Of a DNA stretch of 64,000 nucleotides, positions 9,000 through 19,416 are shown piece by piece; within the stretch, counting starts at the first letter, position 1, and each line of letters starts with the position of its first letter. The DNA is from Salinivirgaceae bacterium. Lineage in GTDB: Bacteria > Bacteroidota > Bacteroidia > Bacteroidales > SZUA-534. Made by a program: the position numbers and the translations under genes. Under the pieces are notes generated by a model that was not told the DNA's origin, searched no databases, and saw only the letters and a list, made by a program, of their open reading frames with translations. Location: NCBI GenBank assembly GCA_024405635.1, contig JAKSOL010000001.1:182082-246081 (forward strand). The letters run 5' to 3'.

Positions 9000-11900
9000 A
9001 TGAAGAGACTATCATTTTTAGCAATCGCATGCTTTTTTGCAGTTTCATCTGCATTTGCAGCGTGGGACGGGTCAACTCAAACTGCATGGACAGTCGGTTC
9101 AGGTACAGAGGAAGATCCATATCTGATTGAATCAGAAGAAAACCTAGCATCACTTGCAGCACAAGTAAATGCAGGACAAAGCTTCAGTGGCAAATACTTT
9201 AAACAAACAGCAGACCTTGATTTGGGATGCGTTTTTGACGAAGCCGGAATAGTGGATACAGAAGCAAGTGAAAATTTTAGTTGGACTCCAATTGGAAACA
9301 AATCTGCATGTTTCTCTGGTATTTATGATGGCAATGGCTTTGTAATAAGCAACTTGTATTATAACAATATTGAGCAAGAGTATTGCGGATTGTTTGGAGG
9401 CATTAATAATGCTAAACTGAAGAATATAACATTGGTATCTGGTTTTGTGTTTGGATATCAATATGCAGGTGGTATTTGTGGTTATGCTAAAGGTTCGTCA
9501 CTTGTAGATTGTTGCGCAAACAATGCAACAGTTTACGGAAAAATGGAACGTAATGGTGGTGTTGTTGGATATATTGAAGGTACAACTCAAGTAAACAATT
9601 GCATTAACTATGGTTTTGTATCAGCTTTTAACTTTTCAGGCGGTGTTGTTGGCTTCTGCAACAAAGCAACAACAACCGTAGCAAACTGTGTTAATGTTGG
9701 CCAAGTGTTTAGCATGCGATGCACAGCTGGTAGCTTATATGGATATAACAAAGATTTTGGAGGCTCAGCAAGTAACAACTACTACGACAAACAAGTAAAT
9801 CATTCAGAAGGTTGGACTTCGGTAACAAACATTATTGAGAAAAATGTTGATGTTGTTGGAAAAGTCGAGGGCAAATCAACAGCAGAAATGCTTGGCGATG
9901 GTTTGAAAGACGCTCTTGGCGACACCTATTGGGAATATTCTGATGGTCTTTATCCTCGTTTAAAATTGAGCAAAGACAACGATGCTATTGTTTTGGCAGC
10001 AACTCCAGTTGTACTAGAACAAGGCGAAGATGTTGATAACGTTAAAACTAATTTTTCAGTCAACACAAGTAACGATGTTGTTTGGGCTAACACAACTGAA
10101 AATATAGTTTCAGTATCAGGCAATAATGTTACAATTAATGGTAATGGTCCTGTTCAATTGATAGCAAAGAAGGGCAACTACACAAAAACATTTGCATTAC
10201 GTACAAATGCCGAAGAAACATATCCAACACTTAGTGTTGATAATATTAAAGATATGAAGGATTTAATCTTTGCAATGGCATACAGCACAAGTTATAAAGG
10301 TTATGCCAATTACAATGGTTTCAAGGGCGTTAATTTTGTTCTTAATGACGATCTCTCATTTATGGGTTCTTATGATGAGGAGACAGATACTTGGAGTGGC
10401 TCTATATTGGGTTATATGGGCGTTCACAACTCATTTAAAGGTAATTTTGACGGACAAAATCACAATATAGAGAATGTATATGTTGACATGCCAGCAGCAA
10501 TCAATGGAGGTTTGTTTGGTTGTGTATCGTATGGTACAATATCGAACCTTAATATTACTAGCGGATATGTTACAACCGGCAAACAACATGCAGGAGGTTT
10601 GGCAGGTGCTTCATTCCTTGAGAATTTCATCAACTGTTCAGTTAATTGTACTGTAACTGCAGGCTCTGCTCAATATGCAGCAGGTATTGTTAGTTACGAT
10701 AAAGGTTTTTCAACTTTTACTAATTGTAAAAACTATGGTAATGTTACTTCTTCGCAATATAGTGGTGGATTTGTTGCAAAAAGCGATTTAGCAACAACTG
10801 TTGAAGGTTGTGAAAACTGGGGCGATATTTACGTTGGTGCAAGTGGTAAAGCTGGAGGCTTTTGTGGAACTAGCAACATTTCAATGACAATTAGCAACTC
10901 TCGCAACTATGGCGCAATAGAAGGTTCATCTCTTGTAGGAGGCTTTATTGGTCAAAGTTTAGCAAATGGTGCCATTATTTCAAACAGCGAAAACCATGGC
11001 GCTATTACCGGAACATCAAGTATTGTGGCAGGCTTTATTGGTCAATCGACAAAAGGTCACATTACTAATTGTATAAACAATGCAAAAGTGACTGGTACGA
11101 CTTCCATAGGTGGCATTTGTGGTGAGTCAACAACTGATACTATTCAATTTTGTATTAACAACGATACCATTATGTCATCTTCAAGTGTAGTTGGCGGTAT
11201 TGCAGGTGTAATTAAAACACAATCTTTGATTAATGGCTGCCTTAATAGTAGCTATGTTAAAGGAGCAAGCAACATTGGTGGTATTTGTGGTCAAACTACC
11301 GAATCAGTAGTTAAAAACTGTTTTAACTCTGGATTGGTTAACGCAAATACTAACATAGGCGGAGGTATTGTAGGTTCAAATGGTACACAATCGGAATGTG
11401 AATCTTCAATTAACATTGGACTAGCAATATCAGGCGGGGCAAACAAAGGTGCCATAGTTGGTAGCAATAGCGGTTCAGTTAACTACTGCTACTCTGACAA
11501 GCAAATAAGCACAAATACCAAAATATGTGAAGGAACTGCTGCTACCAATTCAGAGCTTGCATTTACAAAAGACATCATCTCCGATAATTTGAAAGATGTG
11601 CTAGGTGAAGATAATTGGTCATACGCGAATAGACTATATCCTTGTCCTAAAGGACTTGAAAACAATGAAATTGCACAAGTTGCTACAGCATCAATCTGCT
11701 TGTTTGTTGACGAGAATGATGAAAATCTATACGACGAATTGGCTAATGTGAGCAACAAGTTCTCTATTGGATTTGCTAATGGTGTGAAATGGAAAAGTTC
11801 ATCAAACATAATTGGTATTGTAAATTATGATGCTTACGTTTCGCAAAAAGACAAAGAAAACACCGTTACACTTACAGCCACCAAAGGAACCATTTCAAAA

Positions 11901-13307
11901 AGCCTTACACTGACCATTCCTGCTTCAGTAGGTTTGTTAAGTCCTAATTTGAATTGGGACGGAATCGCAGACTTTGTTTATGGTACTGCCATTGACGCAA
12001 GTATGCTAAATGCTACTGTTGACGAAGGTGTTGATGGAGAATTTGTGTATTCTGTCGAAGAAAATGATGTTCTACCTGCTGGTTCACAAGAAGTTACCGT
12101 TACTTTTGCTCCAACCACTCCAGGATATGCTCGTGAAAACAAAACAATTACAGTAAATGTAGCTAAGGCACAACCTGTAATCACTTGGAATAAACCTTCT
12201 GACATTATCTATGGAACACGCATTAGTTTAGAGCAACAAAACGCAGTTTGTAATGTCGATGGTGAATTTATCTACACCAACACTGGTGCAGTATTGGATG
12301 CAGGAACCCACAAATTGTATGTAACATTCAATCCTTCTAGCAACAACTACACTTCTGTAAAAGACTCGGTAGAATTGACCATTAAGAAAGCTACACCTAC
12401 TATTGTGTGGGCTAATCCGTCGGATATAACTTACGGAGAAGCTATCTCGTCGCAATTAAATGCCATTTCAACAACAGAAGGTGAGATTACATACTCTGTT
12501 AATGTTGGTGATGTGCTTTCAGCTGGCGACAACACAATCACAGCTACACTTACACCAACTTCAGGCAACTACGAAACAACAAGCGCAACAGTAGTTCTAC
12601 ATGTGCGCAAGGCAGCCTCGGCAATCACTTGGGCACCTGAAAAAACAACATTTACTTATGGCGAAAGCATAGAGTCGTTGTTTAATGCCTCTGCCGATGC
12701 TGAAGGCTCAATAGTTTACTCGGTTGATAAAACTGCCACTCCAAACGCTGGAAGTCTTGAGGTTACTGCCACATTTACTCCTACATCGGGCAATTACGAA
12801 TCGGCAACCAAGGGCGTAAATGTTAATATTGAAAAAGCTAAGTTATCGGTATCTGTAGCAGACGTAAAAATTAAACAAGGTGAGAATTTGCCTAGCTTTA
12901 ATGTTGAATACAATGGATTTGTGAACAACGACAACGCAGCAAGTCTAAAATCGGAACCAACAGCAACTTGTTCAACCGACGGAAAAACTGCTGGTACATT
13001 TGATATTGTAGTAGCAGGTGGCGAATCTTCAAACTATGACTTTGTTTACCAAAATGGCAAACTAACAGTTGAGAAAACAGATGCAATTGCTGAGACTGAA
13101 TCAACTATCAACATCTATCCAAATCCAACAACCGATGTTATAGTAATTGAGAGCGATGCAAACGAAGCTCAAATATTTAATCTCAATGGCGATTTGGTTA
13201 AGGTTTGCCCATTGTCGGGCACAACTCATGTTGATGTAAACGACCTTGCTGAAGGAACTTACATTGTAGTTGTAGGCAATAAAGCAACTCGAATTGTAAA
13301 GAAATAG
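9000..13307 (+). CDS. T9SS type A cargo, adhesin-like: GLUG/beta-helix regions, four Ig-like repeats, MBG domain, CTD
   Basis: Signal peptide. GSGTEEDPYLI and FxGxFDG starts with many GGIxG GLUG-like motifs. Four xPxIxW..D..YG repeats. AKLSVSV...YNGFVNND MBG-like domain. C-terminal IYPNP...GTYIVVVG..RIVKK. Confidence 0.85.
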   Translation: MKRLSFLAIACFFAVSSAFAAWDGSTQTAWTVGSGTEEDPYLIESEENLASLAAQVNAGQSFSGKYFKQTADLDLGCVFDEAGIVDTEASENFSWTPIGNKSACFSGIYDGNGFVISNLYYNNIEQEYCGLFGGINNAKLKNITLVSGFVFGYQYAGGICGYAKGSSLVDCCANNATVYGKMERNGGVVGYIEGTTQVNNCINYGFVSAFNFSGGVVGFCNKATTTVANCVNVGQVFSMRCTAGSLYGYNKDFGGSASNNYYDKQVNHSEGWTSVTNIIEKNVDVVGKVEGKSTAEMLGDGLKDALGDTYWEYSDGLYPRLKLSKDNDAIVLAATPVVLEQGEDVDNVKTNFSVNTSNDVVWANTTENIVSVSGNNVTINGNGPVQLIAKKGNYTKTFALRTNAEETYPTLSVDNIKDMKDLIFAMAYSTSYKGYANYNGFKGVNFVLNDDLSFMGSYDEETDTWSGSILGYMGVHNSFKGNFDGQNHNIENVYVDMPAAINGGLFGCVSYGTISNLNITSGYVTTGKQHAGGLAGASFLENFINCSVNCTVTAGSAQYAAGIVSYDKGFSTFTNCKNYGNVTSSQYSGGFVAKSDLATTVEGCENWGDIYVGASGKAGGFCGTSNISMTISNSRNYGAIEGSSLVGGFIGQSLANGAIISNSENHGAITGTSSIVAGFIGQSTKGHITNCINNAKVTGTTSIGGICGESTTDTIQFCINNDTIMSSSSVVGGIAGVIKTQSLINGCLNSSYVKGASNIGGICGQTTESVVKNCFNSGLVNANTNIGGGIVGSNGTQSECESSINIGLAISGGANKGAIVGSNSGSVNYCYSDKQISTNTKICEGTAATNSELAFTKDIISDNLKDVLGEDNWSYANRLYPCPKGLENNEIAQVATASICLFVDENDENLYDELANVSNKFSIGFANGVKWKSSSNIIGIVNYDAYVSQKDKENTVTLTATKGTISKSLTLTIPASVGLLSPNLNWDGIADFVYGTAIDASMLNATVDEGVDGEFVYSVEENDVLPAGSQEVTVTFAPTTPGYARENKTITVNVAKAQPVITWNKPSDIIYGTRISLEQQNAVCNVDGEFIYTNTGAVLDAGTHKLYVTFNPSSNNYTSVKDSVELTIKKATPTIVWANPSDITYGEAISSQLNAISTTEGEITYSVNVGDVLSAGDNTITATLTPTSGNYETTSATVVLHVRKAASAITWAPEKTTFTYGESIESLFNASADAEGSIVYSVDKTATPNAGSLEVTATFTPTSGNYESATKGVNVNIEKAKLSVSVADVKIKQGENLPSFNVEYNGFVNNDNAASLKSEPTATCSTDGKTAGTFDIVVAGGESSNYDFVYQNGKLTVEKTDAIAETESTINIYPNPTTDVIVIESDANEAQIFNLNGDLVKVCPLSGTTHVDVNDLAEGTYIVVVGNKATRIVKK

Positions 13308-13329
13308 TTAATTAATTTGAAAATTGTAG

Positions 13330-13367
13330 AAAAACGGTCAATGACAATGTTCATTGGCCGTTTTTTT
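13330..13367 (+). terminator. Intrinsic terminator
   Basis: AAAACGGTCAATGA...TCATTGGCCGTTTTTTT. Confidence 0.75.
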
Positions 13368-13386
13368 AGGCAATTAATCCAAAACG

Positions 13387-14847
13387 ATGACTAATCTTGG
13401 CAACCAAGTAGCAAGAGCAACCAAATGGTCGGTTCTATCAGAACTGATGGCCAAACTAATTACACCAATATCTATGATGGTATTGGCTCGGGTGCTCACA
13501 CCTGAAGCCTATGGCGCCATTGCTACTACAGCAATAGTCATATCATTTGCCGAATTGTTTACCGATAGCGGATTCCCCAAATATCTTATCCAACATAATT
13601 TTCAAAGCGATGAAGAAAAGAGCGAATCTGCTAATGTTGCATTTTGGACTAATTTCTCATTGAGTCTGTTCATTTGGGGAATCATAATCATTTTCCGACA
13701 TCAAATTGCAATAATTGTAGGCAGTCCTGAACTTGGCAATGCCATTGCAGTAGCTTGTATTGCAATACCAATAACGACATTTTCTAGTATTCAGATAGCA
13801 TTATTCAAACGCGACCTCAATTTTCAGCCCCTTTTCCACGCGCGAATTGTTGGCATTGTCACACCTTTTCTGTTCACAATACCATTGGCTATGTGGCTGA
13901 AGAACTATTGGGCGTTAATAGTAGGAACAATTTTTTATCAAGTAGTTACTGCAATTATTCTTGCTATAAACTCGAAATGGCATCCGCGGCGCTATTATAG
14001 TTTCGGTAAATTGAAAGAAATGTTGGCGTTTTGCTTTTGGATAATTACAAACGATGTGCTAACCTATTTTACTGGATACATTGACCTCTTTCTGATAAGC
14101 CAAAAATTTGATCAACATAAATTAGGCATCTACCGAACCGCAGTATCAACATCAACGCAAATAATAGCATTAGTCTCTGCTATTGTGCTACCAGTACTAC
14201 TTCCTGTCTACTCCAAAATACAGAGCGACCATAACAAATTGCGAGAAACAATGCTGAAAATACAGAAATACTTGGGGATAATTATTCTGCCTTTGGGCTT
14301 TGGCGTTTTCTTGTACAGCGATTTGGTTACTAACTTATTACTTGGACCACAGTGGGCTGAAGCTGCTCCAATTATTGGTCTTTGGGGAATTTTGCACAGT
14401 TTTTCTTTGCTGATAAACCGCAATTGCTCAAATACTTACATTGCAATAGGGCGGCCTAAAATTTCAGTTTTATTACAAACATTATATGCGGCAGCACTAA
14501 TCCCAACCATTATTATCTCATCTAACATTAGTTTTGAAGCAGTTTACTACACCCGGGCTTTTGCAAAAGGGTGGATGATAGTACTTAACCTAATCACGAT
14601 TTACATAACAATCAGACAATCAACTATAAAAGTCATTACCAACATTTTACCAGAATTGTGGGGTTGCATTGTAATGAGTGGTGCAGCATTGTTGCTTTCG
14701 TTTTTGGGGAATAACACGCAATGGCAACTTGTATCAATATTGATATGTGGCATTGTTTACTTTGCTACAATTTGTATTTTTAAAGAAGATAGGCAAGCGT
14801 TGTCAAATATTATCCGTTATGCAAAACAGCAAATACAAGTTAAATGA
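13387..14847 (+). CDS. wzx: Polysaccharide flippase (Wzx/PST family)
   Basis: LARVLTPEAYG, many TM segments, LLLGPQWAEAAP; lies in a polysaccharide context. Confidence 0.85.
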   Translation: MTNLGNQVARATKWSVLSELMAKLITPISMMVLARVLTPEAYGAIATTAIVISFAELFTDSGFPKYLIQHNFQSDEEKSESANVAFWTNFSLSLFIWGIIIIFRHQIAIIVGSPELGNAIAVACIAIPITTFSSIQIALFKRDLNFQPLFHARIVGIVTPFLFTIPLAMWLKNYWALIVGTIFYQVVTAIILAINSKWHPRRYYSFGKLKEMLAFCFWIITNDVLTYFTGYIDLFLISQKFDQHKLGIYRTAVSTSTQIIALVSAIVLPVLLPVYSKIQSDHNKLRETMLKIQKYLGIIILPLGFGVFLYSDLVTNLLLGPQWAEAAPIIGLWGILHSFSLLINRNCSNTYIAIGRPKISVLLQTLYAAALIPTIIISSNISFEAVYYTRAFAKGWMIVLNLITIYITIRQSTIKVITNILPELWGCIVMSGAALLLSFLGNNTQWQLVSILICGIVYFATICIFKEDRQALSNIIRYAKQQIQVK

Positions 14848-15902
14848 AAATAGCTATACATCATAGAGAAGGTTCGTTTAGTTCGCACTGGATTGATTAC
14901 TGCCAAAGAAATGGTATCGATTTCAAACTTGTCAATGCATACGATAACGATATTGTTAGTCAACTTGCTGACTGCAATATCTTTATGTGGCATCATCATC
15001 AATCAATATACAAAGATCAATTATTGGCCAATCATCTCCTTCTTTCAATGCAAGGAATGGGACTGATAACATACCCTAATTTAAACACTTCATGGCATTT
15101 TGATGACAAGTTGGCTCAGCATTATCTGTTAAATTCAATTGGGGCACCAATTGTACCTACATACATATTCTTTAACAAACAAGATGCTATTGAGTGGGCT
15201 GAACAAACAACCTTTCCAAAGGTTTTTAAGTTAAAAAATGGGTCATCCTCAGCAAACGTGATGCTTGTAAAGAACTCAAAGCAGGCGCAAAGGTTGATAT
15301 CAAAAGCCTTTAATAAAGGAATTCCTACATTTCGATATAAGGATAGAATAAAAGAACGTTATCGCCTATACAAAATAGGAAAAGTATCTCTCCGAAATTT
15401 ACTAGGACTAGTACGAAGAGCCTTATTCCGCGTTTGTCCGGGAGAATATTTCAAATTTCACGACAAAGAATGTGGTTATGTTTATTTTCAAGACTTCATG
15501 TCATCAAAGAACTTTGACATAAGGGTGTTGGTGATTGGCAATAAGGCAATAGCAAAGAAAAGAATAAACCGCCCTAACGATTTTCGGGCATCAGGAGGAA
15601 ACAACCTGATTTTTGATAAAGAACAAATTGACGAAAAATTTGTTCAAGCAGCATTCTTGGCCAATAAATCGCTAAAAATGCAAAGTGTAGCTTTCGATTT
15701 CTTGTATGGCGAGCACGACGAACCGCTAATTTCAGAGATAAGCTATTGCTGTGGTTACGAGTCAAACAAAGACGCACCAGGCTACTGGACTTCAGATATG
15801 CAATGGCACAAATGTTCAAATATCAACATTTGCGATTGGATAATAGAGGAGGTTATTGCAGAGTACAAGGCAAAAGAGTCGGCAAAAGTTATTGCAGATT
15901 AG
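14844..15902 (+). CDS. ATP-grasp (RimK-like) ligase in a polysaccharide locus
   Basis: WHFDDK, FPKVFKLKNGSSSANV, YFQDF, DIRVLVIG, DFRASG, AFDF and ISEISY. Overlaps the wzx stop codon. Confidence 0.8.
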   Translation: MKIAIHHREGSFSSHWIDYCQRNGIDFKLVNAYDNDIVSQLADCNIFMWHHHQSIYKDQLLANHLLLSMQGMGLITYPNLNTSWHFDDKLAQHYLLNSIGAPIVPTYIFFNKQDAIEWAEQTTFPKVFKLKNGSSSANVMLVKNSKQAQRLISKAFNKGIPTFRYKDRIKERYRLYKIGKVSLRNLLGLVRRALFRVCPGEYFKFHDKECGYVYFQDFMSSKNFDIRVLVIGNKAIAKKRINRPNDFRASGGNNLIFDKEQIDEKFVQAAFLANKSLKMQSVAFDFLYGEHDEPLISEISYCCGYESNKDAPGYWTSDMQWHKCSNINICDWIIEEVIAEYKAKESAKVIAD

Positions 15903-16103
15903 GCAGAATATAGTGTTGCTAAGGTTGCCTTTTTCTTTAAAAATGTTGCTAACGATTGCTTAATGAAAGTTACATTTGTCAAATAATTGAGCACACCACA
16001 GATAACTAAAAATGAACAACTTAAGAATTTGTTTCTGTTTTGATGTTCAACTTAAGAGTCAAATGGCTTCTGTTTTTTTTGATTATAAGTAAAGTGAAGT
16101 AGA

Positions 16104-17114
16104 ATGAAGTTTCTAGTTACAGGAATAGCAGGTTTTATAGGCTACCATGTCGCACGGCGATTGGTGGAGCAAGGCCATGCTGTAACTGGAATCGACAACC
16201 TTTCTGCACCGTCAGATTTAAAGTTAATGCGTTTGTCGGAATTGGGATTTGCTCAAAATCAGTTTGGTTATGGGCTGATGCATCAAAGTGCAAAGTTTGG
16301 CAACTTGAAATTTGTAGCACTAAATATCCAAGACAGAGTTCAAATACATAATTTGTTTGCTGCAGAGCAGTTTGACAAGGTTATAAACCTAGCTGCCAAG
16401 ACAGGTGTCAGAAGTTCATTAGATTCTCATTCAGAATACATTGCGAGCAATATTGATGGGTTTTCGTGCATATTGGAAAACTGTGTAACGCATCACATTA
16501 GCCACTTTATATATGCATCGTCGAGTAGCGTTTATGGAAATAACGAAAAGGTGCCTTTTTCGGAGGACGATGCGCTGGCCAATCCTGCAAGTGTGTATGC
16601 AGTAACAAAAATTGCAAACGAGTTACTTGCAAAAACATACTCCAACACTTATGGCTTAAAATCAACAGGGTTAAGGTTTTTTACCGTTTATGGTCCGTGG
16701 GGACGTACCGATATGGCGCCAATGCTTTTTGCTAAAGCCATTGCCGATGGCAAACCTATCAATGTTTTTAACAATGGTAATTTGTTGCGAGACTTTACTT
16801 ATATCGACGACATAGTGAATGGAGTTTGTCTTGTAGCTAATATGCAACCGCAAGACATTTCGTCACCAAATGTTTACAATATAGGTTGTTCTACTCCAGT
16901 TAAGTTGCTCAACTTTATTTCGGAATTGGAGTTGGCTATGGGACAAAAGGCTGAAATGAACATGATGCCTATGCAAGTTGGTGATGTATATCAAACTTAT
17001 GCTGACACAACTGCTTTTGAACGCGATTTTGGCTATCGTCCGAAAACATCGTTAAAAGACGGTATTGCCATATTTGTAAAGTGGTTTCTTGAGTATAACA
17101 ACAAGTTAGTATAG
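16104..17114 (+). CDS. NAD-dependent epimerase, UDP-glucuronate 4-epimerase-like
   Basis: VTGIAGFIG, YASSSSVYG, YAVTK (YxxxK), GLRFFTVYGPWGR and RDFTYIDDIV. Confidence 0.88.
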   Translation: MKFLVTGIAGFIGYHVARRLVEQGHAVTGIDNLSAPSDLKLMRLSELGFAQNQFGYGLMHQSAKFGNLKFVALNIQDRVQIHNLFAAEQFDKVINLAAKTGVRSSLDSHSEYIASNIDGFSCILENCVTHHISHFIYASSSSVYGNNEKVPFSEDDALANPASVYAVTKIANELLAKTYSNTYGLKSTGLRFFTVYGPWGRTDMAPMLFAKAIADGKPINVFNNGNLLRDFTYIDDIVNGVCLVANMQPQDISSPNVYNIGCSTPVKLLNFISELELAMGQKAEMNMMPMQVGDVYQTYADTTAFERDFGYRPKTSLKDGIAIFVKWFLEYNNKLV

Positions 17115-17120
17115 TGTGCA

Positions 17121-18191
17121 ATGGAAGCAATTGGTGGAGCTAAACGCAAAGTCATTTTTTTCATGCCCAATAGCATGGGGGGGGCCGAGCGTGTTTCCAT
17201 TACCATTGCCAAAAGTCTTGACTTGGACAAGTATGACGTACAATTTGTAGTGGTAGGTCGAAACCTTGATAAAATAGTAAACTTTATTCCTAACAAATTT
17301 AGCGTCAGACTGTTGAAGATTCGTAATATATACGATTTTGCAATTAGTCGTTTAGTAGGATTGTTACGCAACGACAGGCCAGCCGTTGTTTTCTGTTCGT
17401 TAAATTATCTAAATGTTAGGATTATTTCGGCCGCTAGAATTGTAGGCGGAATAAAAATTGTGGTTCGTTGTAGCTCATCAATGAGCAGAAACAAATACTT
17501 GCGCTTGTTGGCAAGGTTGACATACCGAAAGGCTGATATTGTTGTGGCACAAACCAACGAAATGCGCATTGAGATAATAAAAGATCTAAAAACTGAGCCC
17601 AATCGTGTTCAAGTGCTACATAATCCTATCGACAAGGAAAATATTGCCCAATTGTTGGCAAATGCGCAAAATCCTTATTCAAGCAGCAATGTTAACATAG
17701 TATCTGTAGCTCGATTTGTTGGCGTTAAGGGCATCGATACTCTAATAAATGCTTTTTCACAATTTTCGGCAGTAATTGATAATGCCAAACTATATGTTGT
17801 TGGCAATTATAATACTGATTCAAAAGAATATATTTCAATCTTAACCCAGATAAACAAGTTGGGATTACAACAAAAGGTTCAGTTTGTGGGGCTAACAACA
17901 AATCCGTATCAGTGGATAAAATATGCCGATTGTTTTGTGTTGGCCTCGCGGCAAGAAGGGTTGCCAAACGCATTGCTTGAGGCAATATACCTTAAAACGC
18001 CAGTAGTTTGTACTTTGAGTGTTCCTATAATAAGGCAAATTGTTGAAAATGGAGTCAATGGGTACATTGTCCCAATTGACGATGTTGACGCAATGACACA
18101 AGCCATGACACAAGCCATTAAACTTGAGTCAAAAGGTTTAACTTTGTACCAATCGGCAACAACCGAACAGTTTTCGAATTTGTTTATTTGA
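17121..18191 (+). CDS. Glycosyltransferase family 4
   Basis: GGAERV, VKGIDTLI and SRQEGLPNALLEA. Confidence 0.9.
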   Translation: MEAIGGAKRKVIFFMPNSMGGAERVSITIAKSLDLDKYDVQFVVVGRNLDKIVNFIPNKFSVRLLKIRNIYDFAISRLVGLLRNDRPAVVFCSLNYLNVRIISAARIVGGIKIVVRCSSSMSRNKYLRLLARLTYRKADIVVAQTNEMRIEIIKDLKTEPNRVQVLHNPIDKENIAQLLANAQNPYSSSNVNIVSVARFVGVKGIDTLINAFSQFSAVIDNAKLYVVGNYNTDSKEYISILTQINKLGLQQKVQFVGLTTNPYQWIKYADCFVLASRQEGLPNALLEAIYLKTPVVCTLSVPIIRQIVENGVNGYIVPIDDVDAMTQAMTQAIKLESKGLTLYQSATTEQFSNLFI

Positions 18192-18194
18192 CAC

Positions 18195-19301
18195 GTGAAT
18201 ACGGTTTATTTCTACGGTTCATTTCCATGTAAAAAGTCATCGTTTTGTGGGGGCGGGGAGATTGGCAATTTGCGAACAGTGCAAATGTTGAGGCAATTTG
18301 GCTATAAAGTTCGAATTGTAAAGAAATACCGTTGCGGAGGAAATACAAACTCACACATTATTCGCCTGCTTACATATCCTTTTCGCTTTGCATTGAGTTT
18401 ACTTCAGTTTGCATGTTTGCTCATTGTTGGCAATCACAAGGCTATGATTCACATATCAGGTTTTTATGGCAATGTGGTTTATGCTGAATATCTGTTTGTC
18501 TTGTTGTCTAAATTGTTGGGTTATAAAGTCTTATACGAGATGCGCGGAGGTGGAGCAGAGCAATTCTACACAAACGGCAATTCGTTTTATCGCCATTGTT
18601 TTAGTTTTATAGTACGTAAATCGAGCATTATATTCTCACAAGGCATTGAAAACGAGAAGTTTTTGCGCACTATAACCAATACTCCTATATTTTACTATCC
18701 CAACTATTTGAAAACTGATTTTTTGCCAAATAGCGTACCTGTTAAACCTGATAGTCCGTTGCATATCATATACTTAGGTCGTTTATCGCCTGAAAAGAAC
18801 ATTCAGTTGATAGTTGATGCAACTGCAATTCTTCAAAAGCATTTACAAGTAGATTTGACAATAGTTGGGCAAGGTGAAAAGAGATATGTTGATTCTATAT
18901 GTGAGTTAATGCACAAACGGTTGAGTATCAATTCATTTACAATAATAAACGGTTCGCCGCATGATGAAGTTGGGCAATTTTTAGCCGATAAGCATTTCAT
19001 CATTTTCCCATCGAAACTTGAACGCGAAGGTCAATCAAACACAATAACCGAGGCTATGGGATTTGGTATTGTTCCAATATCTAGTCCGCAAGGTTTTTCA
19101 AAAACGCTTATAGGCAACAGCAACCTTATAGTTGAAGATTTATCAGCAGAGAGTTATGCAAATAAGTTACTTGAGGTGGTTAAGTCGGGCAAGTACGAAT
19201 TGCTGAGCAAGCAAATGCACGAAAGAGTAGTAACCAACTATTCGGAAGATGTTATTAAACCAGAGGTAAAAGAACAATACGATAGACTCTTTAATTGGTG
19301 A
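18195..19301 (+). CDS. Glycosyltransferase family 4
   Basis: YLGRLSPEKN and EGQSNTITEAM (EX7E); GTG start. Confidence 0.85.
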   Translation: MNTVYFYGSFPCKKSSFCGGGEIGNLRTVQMLRQFGYKVRIVKKYRCGGNTNSHIIRLLTYPFRFALSLLQFACLLIVGNHKAMIHISGFYGNVVYAEYLFVLLSKLLGYKVLYEMRGGGAEQFYTNGNSFYRHCFSFIVRKSSIIFSQGIENEKFLRTITNTPIFYYPNYLKTDFLPNSVPVKPDSPLHIIYLGRLSPEKNIQLIVDATAILQKHLQVDLTIVGQGEKRYVDSICELMHKRLSINSFTIINGSPHDEVGQFLADKHFIIFPSKLEREGQSNTITEAMGFGIVPISSPQGFSKTLIGNSNLIVEDLSAESYANKLLEVVKSGKYELLSKQMHERVVTNYSEDVIKPEVKEQYDRLFNW

Positions 19302-19352
19302 GCAAGAACCCGTCTTGTTCCTTTCTTTTGAGAGACACCGAACTTATAAAGC

Positions 19353-19388
19353 AAAAAAAAGAGATGCATTGTTTTGCATCTCTTTTTT
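19353..19388. terminator. Bidirectional intrinsic terminator
   Basis: A-run GAGATGCA...TGCATCTC T-run, between convergent operons. Confidence 0.85.
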
Positions 19389-19416
19389 AGTATAGTATTA
19401 ATCTTTAATAGTAAAC

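Noticed and set aside
11930-12840. Repeated nucleotide segments (e.g. ACTTCAGGCAACTACGAA / ACATCGGGCAATTACGAA) as CRISPR or DGR repeats
   Set aside because: They are in-frame coding repeats of the Ig-like domains, with no spacers, cas genes or reverse transcriptase.
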